From Bacteroidota bacterium (GTDB lineage Bacteria > Bacteroidota > Bacteroidia > NS11-12g > UBA955), in contig VGGQ01000001.1 in assembly GCA_016868535.1 (NCBI GenBank), positions 16,567 to 80,566 of the forward strand: 64,000 nucleotides of DNA. The letters are read 5' to 3'. The notes under the pieces are model-generated. The model was not told the DNA's origin, did no database searches, and was given only the letters and a program-made list of their open reading frames with translations. A program made the position numbers and the translations under genes. Below are positions 1 to 10,155 of the stretch, piece after piece (the first letter of the stretch is position 1; each line of letters begins with the position of its first letter).

Positions 1-1
1 A

Positions 2-205
2 TATGACGATTTGCTGAAAATCATTCTCAAAGTGACTGAAAAACCTTCGCTACGTTGTTATTTTGAATACCATACCTACAACCAGGACGATGAACAACTG
101 AATTCAGGATTTACGGAATTGTTCTTTGTGAAAAAAGATAATCTTAGGCCCACTACGCTAACTGTTTTCTTCGCCGGCATAATCGCTAAAGATTTTGAAC
201 CATGA
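2..205 (+). CDS. C-terminal fragment of an upstream gene that starts before the window (hypothetical)
   Basis: Open frame runs from the window edge to the stop at 203-205. No recognisable motif. Confidence 0.2.
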   Translation, partial: YDDLLKIILKVTEKPSLRCYFEYHTYNQDDEQLNSGFTELFFVKKDNLRPTTLTVFFAGIIAKDFEP

Positions 206-1191
206 GCCGATTTTATCGAAACTATACCAGAGAGGAGCAAACTGAAGATGACTATCAGGAAAACCAGGTAGTAGAGTCAGACGGCAAGATTAACCGCTGG
301 CTAAAGAATAAAACTATCAGGGGTTTTGATGGACATAATCTGTATGATGTTGGGAAATACTTTCTAAACAGCTTGTTTAAGGAAGAGCTTAACCTGCGCG
401 CTTCCAGCCTCAGTTTTAACTTTTTCCTATCCCTTTTCCCTACACTGATATTTATTCTCACACTCATAGCTGCTATACCAATTAAAGGTGTTAAATCAAG
501 GCTGATAAGTGAATTGCGGTTATTGTTACCCGAAAGCACTTGGCAAGAGATATCATCTACCATTTATGAGCTGCTCAACAACCAAAACAGTGGGTTGTTG
601 TCATTGGGTTTCATCATGGCTCTCTATTTCTCCAGCAATGCTTTTCACTCGCTCATAAACAGCTTTAACCGCAGGTTGCCTGAAAAAGTAAAACGCAACT
701 GGCTGCAAAACCGCATTCAGGCAGTGGGTCTGACATTGCTCTTAGGCACTGTGGTGATAGTAGCCCTCATTTTTCTAACATGGATGTTTCAGCTGGGTGG
801 TTACATGCAAAAACACCACTGGTTTGGTCTGTCGCTGTGGCTGTTCATTATCTCACTCATAGAATACACATTGCTGGCTTGTTTGATATTTACTGCTATC
901 AGCAGCTTTTATCATTTTGGACCTGCCCACAAACACAAATGGCATTTTATTTCACCGGGCAGTGTATTTGCGGGAACCCTAAGTATACTAAGCACCTATT
1001 TTTTCAGTTTATATGTAAACAATTTTGACGCCTACAATAAAATTTACGGTTCTATCGGTGCCATTATTGCCCTTATGGTGCTGATCTATATCAACTGTCT
1101 GGCGGTTATTGTGGGTTTTGAACTGAATACAAGCATTGATAAAGCACGAATTAACAAAAAAAGAATGCAACCGGAAGATGTTTCTATTTAA
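202..1191 (+). CDS. YihY/BrkB-family inner membrane protein
   Basis: Several TM helices. Block 'LNLRASSLSFNFFLSLFPTLIF' is typical of YihY/BrkB (formerly RNase BN-like). Confidence 0.55.
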   Translation: MSRFYRNYTREEQTEDDYQENQVVESDGKINRWLKNKTIRGFDGHNLYDVGKYFLNSLFKEELNLRASSLSFNFFLSLFPTLIFILTLIAAIPIKGVKSRLISELRLLLPESTWQEISSTIYELLNNQNSGLLSLGFIMALYFSSNAFHSLINSFNRRLPEKVKRNWLQNRIQAVGLTLLLGTVVIVALIFLTWMFQLGGYMQKHHWFGLSLWLFIISLIEYTLLACLIFTAISSFYHFGPAHKHKWHFISPGSVFAGTLSILSTYFFSLYVNNFDAYNKIYGSIGAIIALMVLIYINCLAVIVGFELNTSIDKARINKKRMQPEDVSI

Positions 1192-1504
1192 TGAATATCT
1201 TCTCTACAGCACCCGCTCCCAGCTCGTTATTGATAGCTTCCAGTAACATAAAACGGCGATAAAACATCTCGTTTTTTAACGGGGTATTATCAAAAGTAAC
1301 GTACAGGGTTTTATTGATCAGCTTTATTTCGGATGTGTGTTTTGCTATCAGCGGACCGGTAATTTTTCCCCATGCACCTACCAGTTTTACTTCTGTAATT
1401 TTCTGTGTCAGCCTGTATTTTTTGAACATAGCCTCAATTACTGACGATATATTATTTTCTTTCTTATCCACGGGCCAGTTTACTTTTTTTGTATCCGTAC
1501 GCAA
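1184..1504 (-). CDS. DUF721 (DciA-like) small protein
   Basis: About 100 aa. Start region 'ISSVIEAMFKKYRL' and overall pattern resemble DUF721. The start may be the internal Met. Confidence 0.4.
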   Translation of the reverse strand: MRTDTKKVNWPVDKKENNISSVIEAMFKKYRLTQKITEVKLVGAWGKITGPLIAKHTSEIKLINKTLYVTFDNTPLKNEMFYRRFMLLEAINNELGAGAVEKIFIK

Positions 1505-3089
1505 AATAAACCAGTAGGCCTATTCCAAACCAAACAAAAAACCAAAACCAGTTATTAGCAGACATTCCGGTTAACAGATAACAACATGTTGCCAGACCCA
1601 GTATTGGTATAAGATTCCAGTTTTGAAGAACACTCAACATCCCCAACACTGTCATACCTGTCCAGTAAATGAGTGCTTCAGGCGGTTCAAACTGCTTGTG
1701 AAAGTAATCAGGTGAAAATGTAAATACCAGCAATTGCAGCAGCACCATAACCATCGGAAAATAAACAGGCGAGACAAAAGGCAAATGAAAAGCGTCCCCT
1801 AGCTTCTCTTTTTTGGGCAATAACAACACGCCGCCACAAACCAGTACAAAAGCAAATAAAGTGCCTATACTGGTAAAATCCAGTACAAATTTCTCGTCGG
1901 TGAAAAGAATGGGGATGCCCACCACCAGGCCAGTAATTACTGTGCTGAATGCAGGGGTTTTGTATTTGGGATGTATATCTGAGAATTTTTTTGGAAGCAA
2001 CCCATCGCGGCTCATACTCATCCATATTCTTGGCTGTCCCATTTGAAAAACCAGCAACACACTGGCCATTGCAACAACCGCACTGATACTGACGAGATAT
2101 TCCAACCATACTATACCCTTGAACTTCAGAACCGAGGCCAGCGGATCATCCACACCCAGCATTTTATAGGGCATCATCCCGGTAAGGACGAGAGAGATAA
2201 GTATGTATAAAACCGTACAAACGAGAAGGGAATAAAACATCCCTCTGGGCAAATTTCGCTGAGGAACTTTGGTTTCTTCAGCCATGGTGCTGACCGCATC
2301 AAAGCCGATGAATGTAAAAAAGACTGCTGAAACACCCGCCATTACACCGCCAAAACCTTCAGGCATAAAAGGTTTTAAATTTACCGAATCAATATGAAAA
2401 AAACCTACACCAATTACCAGAACGATTACAATTAATTTTATTGCAACCATAATATTGGAAGCATTGCGACTCTCTCTAACACCGGTAAAGACCAGCCAGG
2501 TTATGAGTAGGTTGATGAGTAAGGCAGGAAGATCCAGAATAATACGCAACCCGAAAAAAACCGGTGCATTATTCCAGGCAAGCAAGTCTCGTGACAGTAA
2601 ATCCGGGGAGGTCAGTTTTGCAGCAGCCGAACATGATGTATAATCTGTGGTTATCCATGCAGGCATTTGAACCCCGAGATTTTCCATCAGGTGCACAAAA
2701 TATCCCGACCAGCTGAATGCGACGTAAATATTGCCTATGCTGTATTCCATCAGCAACGCCCAGCCGATAATCCACGCGAAAAGTTCACCAAACGAGGCGT
2801 AGGCATAAGTGTAGGCGCTGCCCGCAACAGGAATGCGTGAGGAAAACTCTGCATAACACATAGCGGAAAAGCCGCAGGCAATGGCACATAAAATAAATAA
2901 AAAGATAACACCCGGTCCGCCCGATGCGCAGGCTTGCCCTACAGAACTGAAAATACCGCCACCAATAATAGCCGCAATACCCAGCATGGTAAGATCCCTT
3001 ACCCCAAGTACGCGTTGTAGCACATGCCCTTCTTCCTGTGAAAAATCACGTTTGGTGCGCCTGATATTATGCCAGAATTGCTGTAACAT
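1464..3089 (-). CDS. APC-family amino acid permease
   Basis: 'GIAAIIGGGIFSSVG' consensus and 12 or more TM helices, plus a C-terminal extension. Confidence 0.75.
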   Translation of the reverse strand: MLQQFWHNIRRTKRDFSQEEGHVLQRVLGVRDLTMLGIAAIIGGGIFSSVGQACASGGPGVIFLFILCAIACGFSAMCYAEFSSRIPVAGSAYTYAYASFGELFAWIIGWALLMEYSIGNIYVAFSWSGYFVHLMENLGVQMPAWITTDYTSCSAAAKLTSPDLLSRDLLAWNNAPVFFGLRIILDLPALLINLLITWLVFTGVRESRNASNIMVAIKLIVIVLVIGVGFFHIDSVNLKPFMPEGFGGVMAGVSAVFFTFIGFDAVSTMAEETKVPQRNLPRGMFYSLLVCTVLYILISLVLTGMMPYKMLGVDDPLASVLKFKGIVWLEYLVSISAVVAMASVLLVFQMGQPRIWMSMSRDGLLPKKFSDIHPKYKTPAFSTVITGLVVGIPILFTDEKFVLDFTSIGTLFAFVLVCGGVLLLPKKEKLGDAFHLPFVSPVYFPMVMVLLQLLVFTFSPDYFHKQFEPPEALIYWTGMTVLGMLSVLQNWNLIPILGLATCCYLLTGMSANNWFWFFVWFGIGLLVYFAYGYKKSKLARG

Positions 3090-3153
3090 CCTCTACCGCG
3101 ATATTACCTCTAAAAATCGGGTATTCGTATTATGAAAAATGATTTTTTGTGTG

Positions 3154-3161
3154 TAAGTTTG
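3154..3161 (+). promoter_or_regulatory. Candidate Bacteroidetes sigmaA -7 element (TAnnTTTG = TAAGTTTG)
   Basis: Exact match to the TAnnTTTG consensus upstream of the Cys-rich ORF. No clear -33 TTG was found. Confidence 0.25.
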
Positions 3162-3204
3162 TGCTAAGGTGCGTAATTTTTTTGCATGGTCTTTTGCTTT
3201 TCTG

Positions 3205-3582
3205 ATGCTGATAAGCAGCGGCAGTATGCAGCTCGCACTGCACAGTTGCCCCGGTAGTGGCATCTTTGTTTTTTCCGATTGCGGTATGCATGAGTCGGAT
3301 GAATACGATGATATTCCGGAATGTTGCAAAAAGAAATTTTCCGCTAAAACAAAAAAACAGAATTGTGATAATTGCGAGGAGTATTTTATCTTCAGCATAA
3401 CCCCGAAATTTGGCAGTATTGCTATCGCTGATACCTGCGAACCGCCTGTTTTTACCATTTCAAACAATTCTATCAATGTAAATACCACAGCCACACAACC
3501 GGGATTTACACATCATATTAAAACACAACTTCCGCCCAAACTGCTCGATTTTCAGGCGCTGCACTGCTCCCTGCAGATTTAA
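3205..3582 (+). CDS. Hypothetical Cys-rich, Lys-rich small protein
   Basis: ORF of 120-137 aa with 11 Cys, including a CC pair and CxxC-like spacings. No known family recognised. Sits upstream of the HMA/TonB pair. Start uncertain (GTG at 3169 or ATG at 3205). Confidence 0.2.
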   Translation: MLISSGSMQLALHSCPGSGIFVFSDCGMHESDEYDDIPECCKKKFSAKTKKQNCDNCEEYFIFSITPKFGSIAIADTCEPPVFTISNNSINVNTTATQPGFTHHIKTQLPPKLLDFQALHCSLQI

Positions 3583-3651
3583 TAATTCATTCTTTTCCCG
3601 GTTTTTCCCGCCTAGCGGGATTGAAAATGTATTTACCACAAAACCTAAAGA

Positions 3652-4002
3652 ATGAAAAACATGAAAAATCTCATTATCATTACCGTAGCTGCCATGGCAA
3701 TTTCCTTTGGCAAGCCACCCAAATATAAAACCATTTCCTTCACAGTGGAAGGAAGATGCTCTATGTGCAAAGACCGCATACAACAAGCACTGGATAAACC
3801 CGGCATTCGCAAAGCCATCTACAACCTGGATGAAAAAACACTGACTGTTGCCTATAATCCCAAAAAACTGGAAGAAATTCAGTTGCATAACCTTGTAGCC
3901 ATTGCCGGACACGATACCGAACTGGTGAAAGCCAGTAATGCGGCCTATATGGCTCTCCCGGATTGCTGTCGCTACAGAGAGGGAGCCAAATGCGACGACT
4001 GA
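3652..4002 (+). CDS. Heavy-metal-associated (HMA) domain protein with signal peptide
   Basis: 'GRCSMCKDRIQQAL' is the MxCxxC-type metal-binding loop. N-terminal signal peptide. Confidence 0.6.
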   Translation: MKNMKNLIIITVAAMAISFGKPPKYKTISFTVEGRCSMCKDRIQQALDKPGIRKAIYNLDEKTLTVAYNPKKLEEIQLHNLVAIAGHDTELVKASNAAYMALPDCCRYREGAKCDD

Positions 4003-6002
4003 TCGGATTATTTCTGTTGGTTATCGCTTCACATATCCACGCCCAAACAGATACAACCCTCCCCGGAAATGAGGTTGAAATTACGGGAGATCGAAAAGGT
4101 GTAATAAGTGGTAAAGGCATACAGAAATCGGAGATTCTTACGGAAACCGAATTTAAAAAAGCGGCTTGCTGCACCCTAAGTGAAAGTTTTGAAACCACAA
4201 ATACACTGGAGGTTAGCAATGCAGACGGGGTAAGTGGAATCAGGCAGATTGAAATGCTTGGGCTGGCCGGCAAATATGTACACATGAGTCAGCTAAACAT
4301 GCCGGCGGTACGGGGATTATCCATACTTACCGGACTAAACCATATTCCAGGCCCCATGGTTTCTGCAGTTCACCTATCCAAAGGCACAGGCAGCGTCACC
4401 GAAGGTTTTGAAGGACTGACCGGTGGAATAAACTACGCGCTCAAGCAGGAACCTACAGAACCCCGTCTGTTTCTGAACGCCTACCTCAACAATCAGTGGC
4501 GGGGCGAAGTAAACCTGATAACTAAGCAACGCATAAACCACAGAACATTCAGCCATTCATACATCCATTATGGTGGTCAGTGGAAAACAATGGATTTTGG
4601 CAGTGACGGATTTACCGATATGCCCCTATCCAACCGCATTTTCCTTGGTAATCAGATTTCGCGGTACAACGATAAAAATGAATGGGTTTTGGGATTTACA
4701 TACGTAAATAACGAAAGACGCGGTGGCGATTTACATCACTTTATGCATAAGCAACCGGTAAATAACGTCTTCCATTTCAACATGAAAGAAAAAAAAACCG
4801 ATGTGTGGGGTAAATTTGGTGTTTTCCTGAATAAAGAAGCAACCAGAAGTATCGGGCAAATTCTTCACCTAAAACATGAGCAAACCCATTCTTTACTGAA
4901 CAAGCTGAGAAACAGGCATTATGAAGGTGAGCAGTTCAGTCTCTTTTACAGTGCCATCTATGCCACACCCAACAAAAAACCCATCAGCACCAGAAGCGGT
5001 GTAAGCGTCATGATTGACAATGTTAACGAAACGCTGTCTGATTCTGGAGCTTTACTGTTTAATCCCGCCAGAAAAGAACAGAATTTCGGTTCCTTCTCCG
5101 AATGGGTTTTCAAATCGGGTGAAAGTAGCATTGTACTTGGTATCAGATCTGATTACAACAATCTTTTTGGCTGGCTGATAACACCCAGAATTCACGCCAA
5201 ATGGGAAATAGATGAAAAGGGTAAGATGATGCATTTTCAATCCGGTCGTGGCGTGCGAACCCCATGGGTGCTGGCGGAAAATTTACCTTTGTTCATCAGC
5301 AACCGCATCATCGATGTCAAAGATTACAGCGATGGCGGGGCATACGGACAACGGCGTGAAGATGCCATCAACACGGGTGTAAGCCTTACTCTGCCGTTCA
5401 GGATGTTTGGCTATCCTGCCAAATTCATTACCGATGCCTTTCATACCCGTTTCCTCCACCTGATTGGCACAGATCGTGATCAGCGACCGGACCTGATTTT
5501 GATTGGAAAAATTGACCAAAGCCGCTACAATGCCATACAAACAGACTTGCATCTGCAGCCACATCGCCGAATTGAAATGCGCATGAGCTATCGTTTTATC
5601 GAAAACTTGCTTTGGCTGGGTGGTAGCATGCGTCAGCAGCCGCTGTTATCAAAACACCGATTTGTAGGTATTATAAGTCTGAAGAACCGGAAGAAATGGT
5701 TCATGGATGCTATAGTTCAGTGGAACAGCCCAAAAAGATTGCCAGAAACCTCAAGCCTGCCCGAAAAGAATCAAATGCCAACCTGGAGCCCGGCCTACAG
5801 TATTGTGAATCTTCAAATCAGAAAAGATATTGGCAAAAAATGGGAGTGGTATGTCGGTGGCGAAAATTTGTTGAACGTTGTTCAGAGAAACCCGGTGCTT
5901 TCAGCTGAAAATCCAAATCAACCCTGGTTTGACGCTGCCTACGCATGGGGCCCCTTGAATGGGATATTTGCCTACACGGGTTTTCGGTTGAAAATCAAAT
6001 AA
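3990..6002 (+). CDS. TonB-dependent receptor-like outer-membrane beta-barrel protein
   Basis: Signal peptide 'MRRLIGLFLLVIASHIHA', a plug-like N-terminal region, and a long beta-rich body. Classic pairing with an upstream HMA protein. Confidence 0.5.
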   Translation: MRRLIGLFLLVIASHIHAQTDTTLPGNEVEITGDRKGVISGKGIQKSEILTETEFKKAACCTLSESFETTNTLEVSNADGVSGIRQIEMLGLAGKYVHMSQLNMPAVRGLSILTGLNHIPGPMVSAVHLSKGTGSVTEGFEGLTGGINYALKQEPTEPRLFLNAYLNNQWRGEVNLITKQRINHRTFSHSYIHYGGQWKTMDFGSDGFTDMPLSNRIFLGNQISRYNDKNEWVLGFTYVNNERRGGDLHHFMHKQPVNNVFHFNMKEKKTDVWGKFGVFLNKEATRSIGQILHLKHEQTHSLLNKLRNRHYEGEQFSLFYSAIYATPNKKPISTRSGVSVMIDNVNETLSDSGALLFNPARKEQNFGSFSEWVFKSGESSIVLGIRSDYNNLFGWLITPRIHAKWEIDEKGKMMHFQSGRGVRTPWVLAENLPLFISNRIIDVKDYSDGGAYGQRREDAINTGVSLTLPFRMFGYPAKFITDAFHTRFLHLIGTDRDQRPDLILIGKIDQSRYNAIQTDLHLQPHRRIEMRMSYRFIENLLWLGGSMRQQPLLSKHRFVGIISLKNRKKWFMDAIVQWNSPKRLPETSSLPEKNQMPTWSPAYSIVNLQIRKDIGKKWEWYVGGENLLNVVQRNPVLSAENPNQPWFDAAYAWGPLNGIFAYTGFRLKIK

Positions 6003-6008
6003 ACCGGT

Positions 6009-6377
6009 TTACCCAAGATTTCTGAGTATCTTATTGCTTTGAGGAATTTTGTCGTGTACGTAATAATCAATCCAATTGCGAACCAGTTCAGGAAGAAACT
6101 CTTCCACCAAAACCCTCAAACGTTCTTTATTGTTATCTGACATGGGGCTTGAGCCCTGCACATTCATTATTTCGGTCTTCTCAAAAAGGCCATTCCTGAA
6201 TATAATTCTGGCCATAGCCACGTCATCGCCAGTGGTGGCATAGAATTGATTGGGGGTTTTATCTGAAGGAAATATAGAAACTTCAATACCTCTGTATTCC
6301 AGCAACGAAATTCGCGATGTTTTAACAATAGTTGCCGTCGTAACCATGTTTTTGTCTGAAAATAAATACTGTATCAA
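6009..6377 (-). CDS. Hypothetical protein, degenerate DUF4160-like
   Basis: Weak resemblance to DUF4160 ('KERLRVLVEEFLPELVRNW'). Confidence 0.3.
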   Translation of the reverse strand: MIQYLFSDKNMVTTATIVKTSRISLLEYRGIEVSIFPSDKTPNQFYATTGDDVAMARIIFRNGLFEKTEIMNVQGSSPMSDNNKERLRVLVEEFLPELVRNWIDYYVHDKIPQSNKILRNLG

Positions 6378-6383
6378 AGATAA

Positions 6384-7127
6384 TTATTTTTTAAACAGAA
6401 CTGGAATTGCGGCTGAAATTTCCTGGTATAATTGCTGCCATTCATGATTGTTTTTCAGCATATCTGCCTGCATTTGCATGCTGTTTAAATCTTCTCGGAT
6501 GGCAGGCCCTGTCTGGGCTTCCTTTGCCTGCACATGGTTTAATTTCTCTACAGTTTGCCGGATAATGGGCAATAACAATTTAAAATCAAGCCCGCGGGAA
6601 GCCAGAACATCGCCGGCAAAGGCAAACATGGCATTGCTGAAATTATTGGCAATAACCGCCGCCAGATGGGCTGTCTGCCGCTCACGCAGACCCGAATACA
6701 GCATTTTTGCACCAACCACTTCAAAAATCTGAGATAAATCCTTTAACAGTTCAGGGTCTCTGGCTTCGATAAACACAGGAACATCTTTCCATACCGATGG
6801 AACCTGCGCAGAAAACGTTTGCATGGGCCAGCAAACCGCGTCACAGGCCGAGAATATGGGTTGCATGCCACTACAGTGCACCACCACCGAAAAACGCTGT
6901 TTCAGCGCTGTCGCAGCCGTCTCAATAAAACGATCCGGAACACACAGAAAAATACCCGCATCGGCATCGGAATGTGTTTGAAAATCTAATACAGGTGCAA
7001 CATCAACAAAAGAGGGATTGCGGCTCAGCCAACCCCCGAATTCAATATTATTGGATTGCTGAAGAAGTTCACCCATTGACCTTCCCAGATTTCCGGTGCC
7101 TGCGATATACCAATTAGGCAGCTGCAT
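6384..7127 (-). CDS. Rossmann-fold NAD(P)-binding protein, DUF2520 family
   Basis: 'WYIAGTGNLGRSMG' GxGxxG Rossmann motif and DUF2520-like C-terminal half. Start probably MQLPNW. Confidence 0.55.
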   Translation of the reverse strand: MQLPNWYIAGTGNLGRSMGELLQQSNNIEFGGWLSRNPSFVDVAPVLDFQTHSDADAGIFLCVPDRFIETAATALKQRFSVVVHCSGMQPIFSACDAVCWPMQTFSAQVPSVWKDVPVFIEARDPELLKDLSQIFEVVGAKMLYSGLRERQTAHLAAVIANNFSNAMFAFAGDVLASRGLDFKLLLPIIRQTVEKLNHVQAKEAQTGPAIREDLNSMQMQADMLKNNHEWQQLYQEISAAIPVLFKK

Positions 7128-9753
7128 ATTGTTTAACCCGATGAAAAACCGCCATGGCAAATCCGATTAACATAATTATGGTTCCGGCCCAAACAAGGTT
7201 TATCCATGGAAATTCAATCGCTTTGATAACAATGTAATTTTTCTGGGGACTTCTTTCACCAGTCTTAATCAAAAAGCGGACTTTATCGGCAGTTTGACCG
7301 GGTTCAGGCACTTCAATATTTACTATATCTGCAAGCACCCCAAGTTCTGAACTGACTGCGGGAACCGAAGAAAAATCGTTTTGAGACGTATTCACAACAA
7401 ACTTCGGAAACAACATCGCCGAATCCTTCAGGCGAATGGCTGTAATACCCAACTGTACTCCTGCCCCTTCTTCACTGCTGAAGCGGCCAATACTATCAAT
7501 GCGCAATTTTACTTTACCGGATGCAGTAAGAATAGTTTCACCTGGCGCCGCGACGGTTTCCTGAAAATCACTGAACGGCTCTTTCTTTTCCAAGCTGCTC
7601 TCATAATTTACATGCGTAAAAATATCGCGGTTGATAAAATGGCGTGTGCTGGGCTCTGCTAACAGTCCCATTTTGGGATTATTCTGGATTTTGGGATACA
7701 GTGTAAATGAGTCTGCTATCGTTCCGTCTTTATTCAACCGGGCAAAAAACACCCTGAAATATTTGTCGATGGTATCATTGCCTTTTCCCTGAATGACATC
7801 CTGGTAAGATGCCGTGAATTCTCCAAGCTGAATAGGCCGCTTCTGATACAGTATCACATTCTCACGGTTAAACTTAACCGCTTTTTCATCCACTCCTCCA
7901 TCTTTATTAAGCTCGGAGGCAAAACGTATACCTTCGGTAGATGACAATACTTTTTGGTTTACGGAAGAAACCAATACACCCACCAACAGAATTCCAAAGC
8001 CTGCATGCGCAACACCTCCACCCCAAGCAAGCCACACAAGCTTCTGCTGTTGACGCAGGTACATTACATTGGCAACAAACAACATAACACCAACCAGCAA
8101 AAATAGCATGTATTTGGGCTGGCTGATGCCAAAATTCAGATTAACAACACCTGAAACTACCAAACTGATACCCAGCACCCAAAGCAGCTGCTTCCCCAGC
8201 ACTTTTGCATCCGTATCGCGCCAGCGAAAATACTGACCAACAGCCATGAGCAACATGACGGGCATAGCCATCCAGAGCTGAAAAGCATTGTATTCCTCGG
8301 GTTTGGGTGGTGCTTTGCTGAAACCAAACAGTTTGTTGAATACAGGAATTGATGTAGCTGAAAACACCTGCACCAATGATAAAATCAGAAACATAGCACC
8401 AATAAACATCCAAAGTTCGCGGCTTAGCCAGCGTTCATCATCCTGTACAGTTTTTGTTCTTGCATACAATTGATAAATAAACCATGAAAAAACGCCAGTA
8501 AAAACAAATACACCGGTCCATTTCGTGATTTGGGTAAGTTGCTCCTGATCCTTTTTCCCACCATACAAGGTCAGCAGACTGAAGACCAGCACCAGTGCTA
8601 CAAAACCCAGTATCACCGACCAGCGCAATTTTGCATTTTGCAGGGCAGACAACACACTTAGCATCATCAGTGACAACAGCAAAATCAGCAATTGTCCACT
8701 TAATCCCAGGTCGGTGAATGAATGCACACTGGCTTCGCCCAAAATACCGCTGCGGGTGAGGAAGGTGGCATACAAAACCAGCCAGAAACTGAGATGAACC
8801 AGCAAATGTGCGGTAAACAAATAACGGCCAGTATTTTTAGCAATCAGCAGCATGTGCGACGCTGAGGCCATTATCAGCCAGGGCATTAAACTGGCGTTCT
8901 CTACCGGATCCCAGGCCCAATAGCCACCGAATGAAAGACTTTCATAAGCCCAGAAACCACCCATGATAATGCCGGCACCCAGAATACCCACACAAACCAG
9001 GCCCCATGTGATAGCAGGAGTAATCCATCCACGATCGTTGTTTTTCCATAAACCGGCGATGCTGTATGCAAATGGCACCATGGCTGTAGCAAAACCCAAA
9101 AACAATGTAGGCGGATGTATTACCATCCAGTAGTTTTGCAACAATTGATTGAGTCCGTTGCCGTCTTTAAAGATTTGCAAGTAATTAGCAGGACCTCCGA
9201 TTGTTCCCATGACAGGAATTTGCAAAAAATCTGGCCTTTGTTCTCGCAGCAAATCAAACGGACTGCTTCCAATGTGTACAGACCAGTCTGCTGCACCCTG
9301 CCCCAACCCCAGCAGCATAGTACTCAGCCCCAGTTGCACAAAAGAGATTACTGCCATTACAGGACTCTCCCATTGTCCGGCTTTACGGAGCAAAATCAAT
9401 CCAAGAACTGCATTCCAGAACATCCAAAGCAGAAAACTCCCTTCCTGACCTTCCCAGAAACAGGAAATCATATAATATACAGGCAGAGCATTGTTGCTGT
9501 GGCGCCAGGCATAATAATATTCGTAACGGTGTTTAAAAATTATCCAGAAAAGAATCGTAAAAATGGCCAGCACAGAAAATGCCTGCACATAGAACATTCT
9601 GCGTGCCCAAAGCTTGTCTACAACTTCCTCTTTATTGGCTGACCGAAAATAGAAACAGGCCGAACCCAAAGAAGCTACCGTGCAAAGCACAATGAAAAAT
9701 TGCCCCAGATTTCCAGGCCACAGCATTTCACCATTAAACTGTATATTTTCCAA
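7114..9753 (-). CDS. ccmF: Cytochrome c-type biogenesis heme lyase CcmF (System I), 879 aa with C-terminal extension
   Basis: CcmF-type WWD motif 'GGYWAWDPVENASLMPWL'. Many TM helices. Directly downstream of CcmE. Apparent TTG start. Confidence 0.75.
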   Translation of the reverse strand: MENIQFNGEMLWPGNLGQFFIVLCTVASLGSACFYFRSANKEEVVDKLWARRMFYVQAFSVLAIFTILFWIIFKHRYEYYYAWRHSNNALPVYYMISCFWEGQEGSFLLWMFWNAVLGLILLRKAGQWESPVMAVISFVQLGLSTMLLGLGQGAADWSVHIGSSPFDLLREQRPDFLQIPVMGTIGGPANYLQIFKDGNGLNQLLQNYWMVIHPPTLFLGFATAMVPFAYSIAGLWKNNDRGWITPAITWGLVCVGILGAGIIMGGFWAYESLSFGGYWAWDPVENASLMPWLIMASASHMLLIAKNTGRYLFTAHLLVHLSFWLVLYATFLTRSGILGEASVHSFTDLGLSGQLLILLLSLMMLSVLSALQNAKLRWSVILGFVALVLVFSLLTLYGGKKDQEQLTQITKWTGVFVFTGVFSWFIYQLYARTKTVQDDERWLSRELWMFIGAMFLILSLVQVFSATSIPVFNKLFGFSKAPPKPEEYNAFQLWMAMPVMLLMAVGQYFRWRDTDAKVLGKQLLWVLGISLVVSGVVNLNFGISQPKYMLFLLVGVMLFVANVMYLRQQQKLVWLAWGGGVAHAGFGILLVGVLVSSVNQKVLSSTEGIRFASELNKDGGVDEKAVKFNRENVILYQKRPIQLGEFTASYQDVIQGKGNDTIDKYFRVFFARLNKDGTIADSFTLYPKIQNNPKMGLLAEPSTRHFINRDIFTHVNYESSLEKKEPFSDFQETVAAPGETILTASGKVKLRIDSIGRFSSEEGAGVQLGITAIRLKDSAMLFPKFVVNTSQNDFSSVPAVSSELGVLADIVNIEVPEPGQTADKVRFLIKTGERSPQKNYIVIKAIEFPWINLVWAGTIIMLIGFAMAVFHRVKQYAAA

Positions 9754-9756
9754 GCC

Positions 9757-10155
9757 TTAGCGGTTGTTTACGGGTTCGTCCTCATACTTGCTCGGACACT
9801 TACTGAGTATTGAATTGGCCCTGAAATAATCTTTCTCCTGAAAGCCTATCAGCACGAGTTTCTGGCTTCGTTCCAGATCCTGTGGTTTTGGTTTGCCGAA
9901 TATTACTTTCATTTCCTTACCAAGGCTGTCTATGGCCCAGAATTCAAGGTAATTTGGATCTTTCTGCGGATTATACAAAATAGGTAGTTGTTTGTTCAAC
10001 TTACATGCAACATGATATTCTTTACCGGGATTTTCTTTGGCGAGGGCCGCGGCATCTTTGAAGGCTATATATTGCGTTGTATTTCCATAAAGACCTATCA
10101 CCGCCCCTATTCCTACAGCCGACATTAAAAGCAATATGATATGCAGGGGTTTCAC
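9757..10155 (-). CDS. ccmE: Heme chaperone CcmE, variant with CxxxY in place of HxxxY
   Basis: N-terminal TM anchor plus OB-fold-sized periplasmic domain. C-terminal 'LSKCPSKYEDEP' aligns with E. coli 'LAKHDENYTPPE', with Cys for His. Confidence 0.6.
   Translation of the reverse strand: MKPLHIILLLMSAVGIGAVIGLYGNTTQYIAFKDAAALAKENPGKEYHVACKLNKQLPILYNPQKDPNYLEFWAIDSLGKEMKVIFGKPKPQDLERSQKLVLIGFQEKDYFRANSILSKCPSKYEDEPVNNR

Noticed and set aside
3460-4285. Two minus-strand ORFs (150 and 174 aa) overlapping the HMA and TonB-receptor genes
   Set aside because: Antisense to better-supported genes, Cys/Leu-rich, no recognisable domains.
7114-9753. Alternative call of the 879-aa protein as a System II CcsBA fusion
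   Set aside because: The WWD motif is the CcmF type, and the gene is flanked by CcmE-like and CcmC-like genes in ccmCDEF order.
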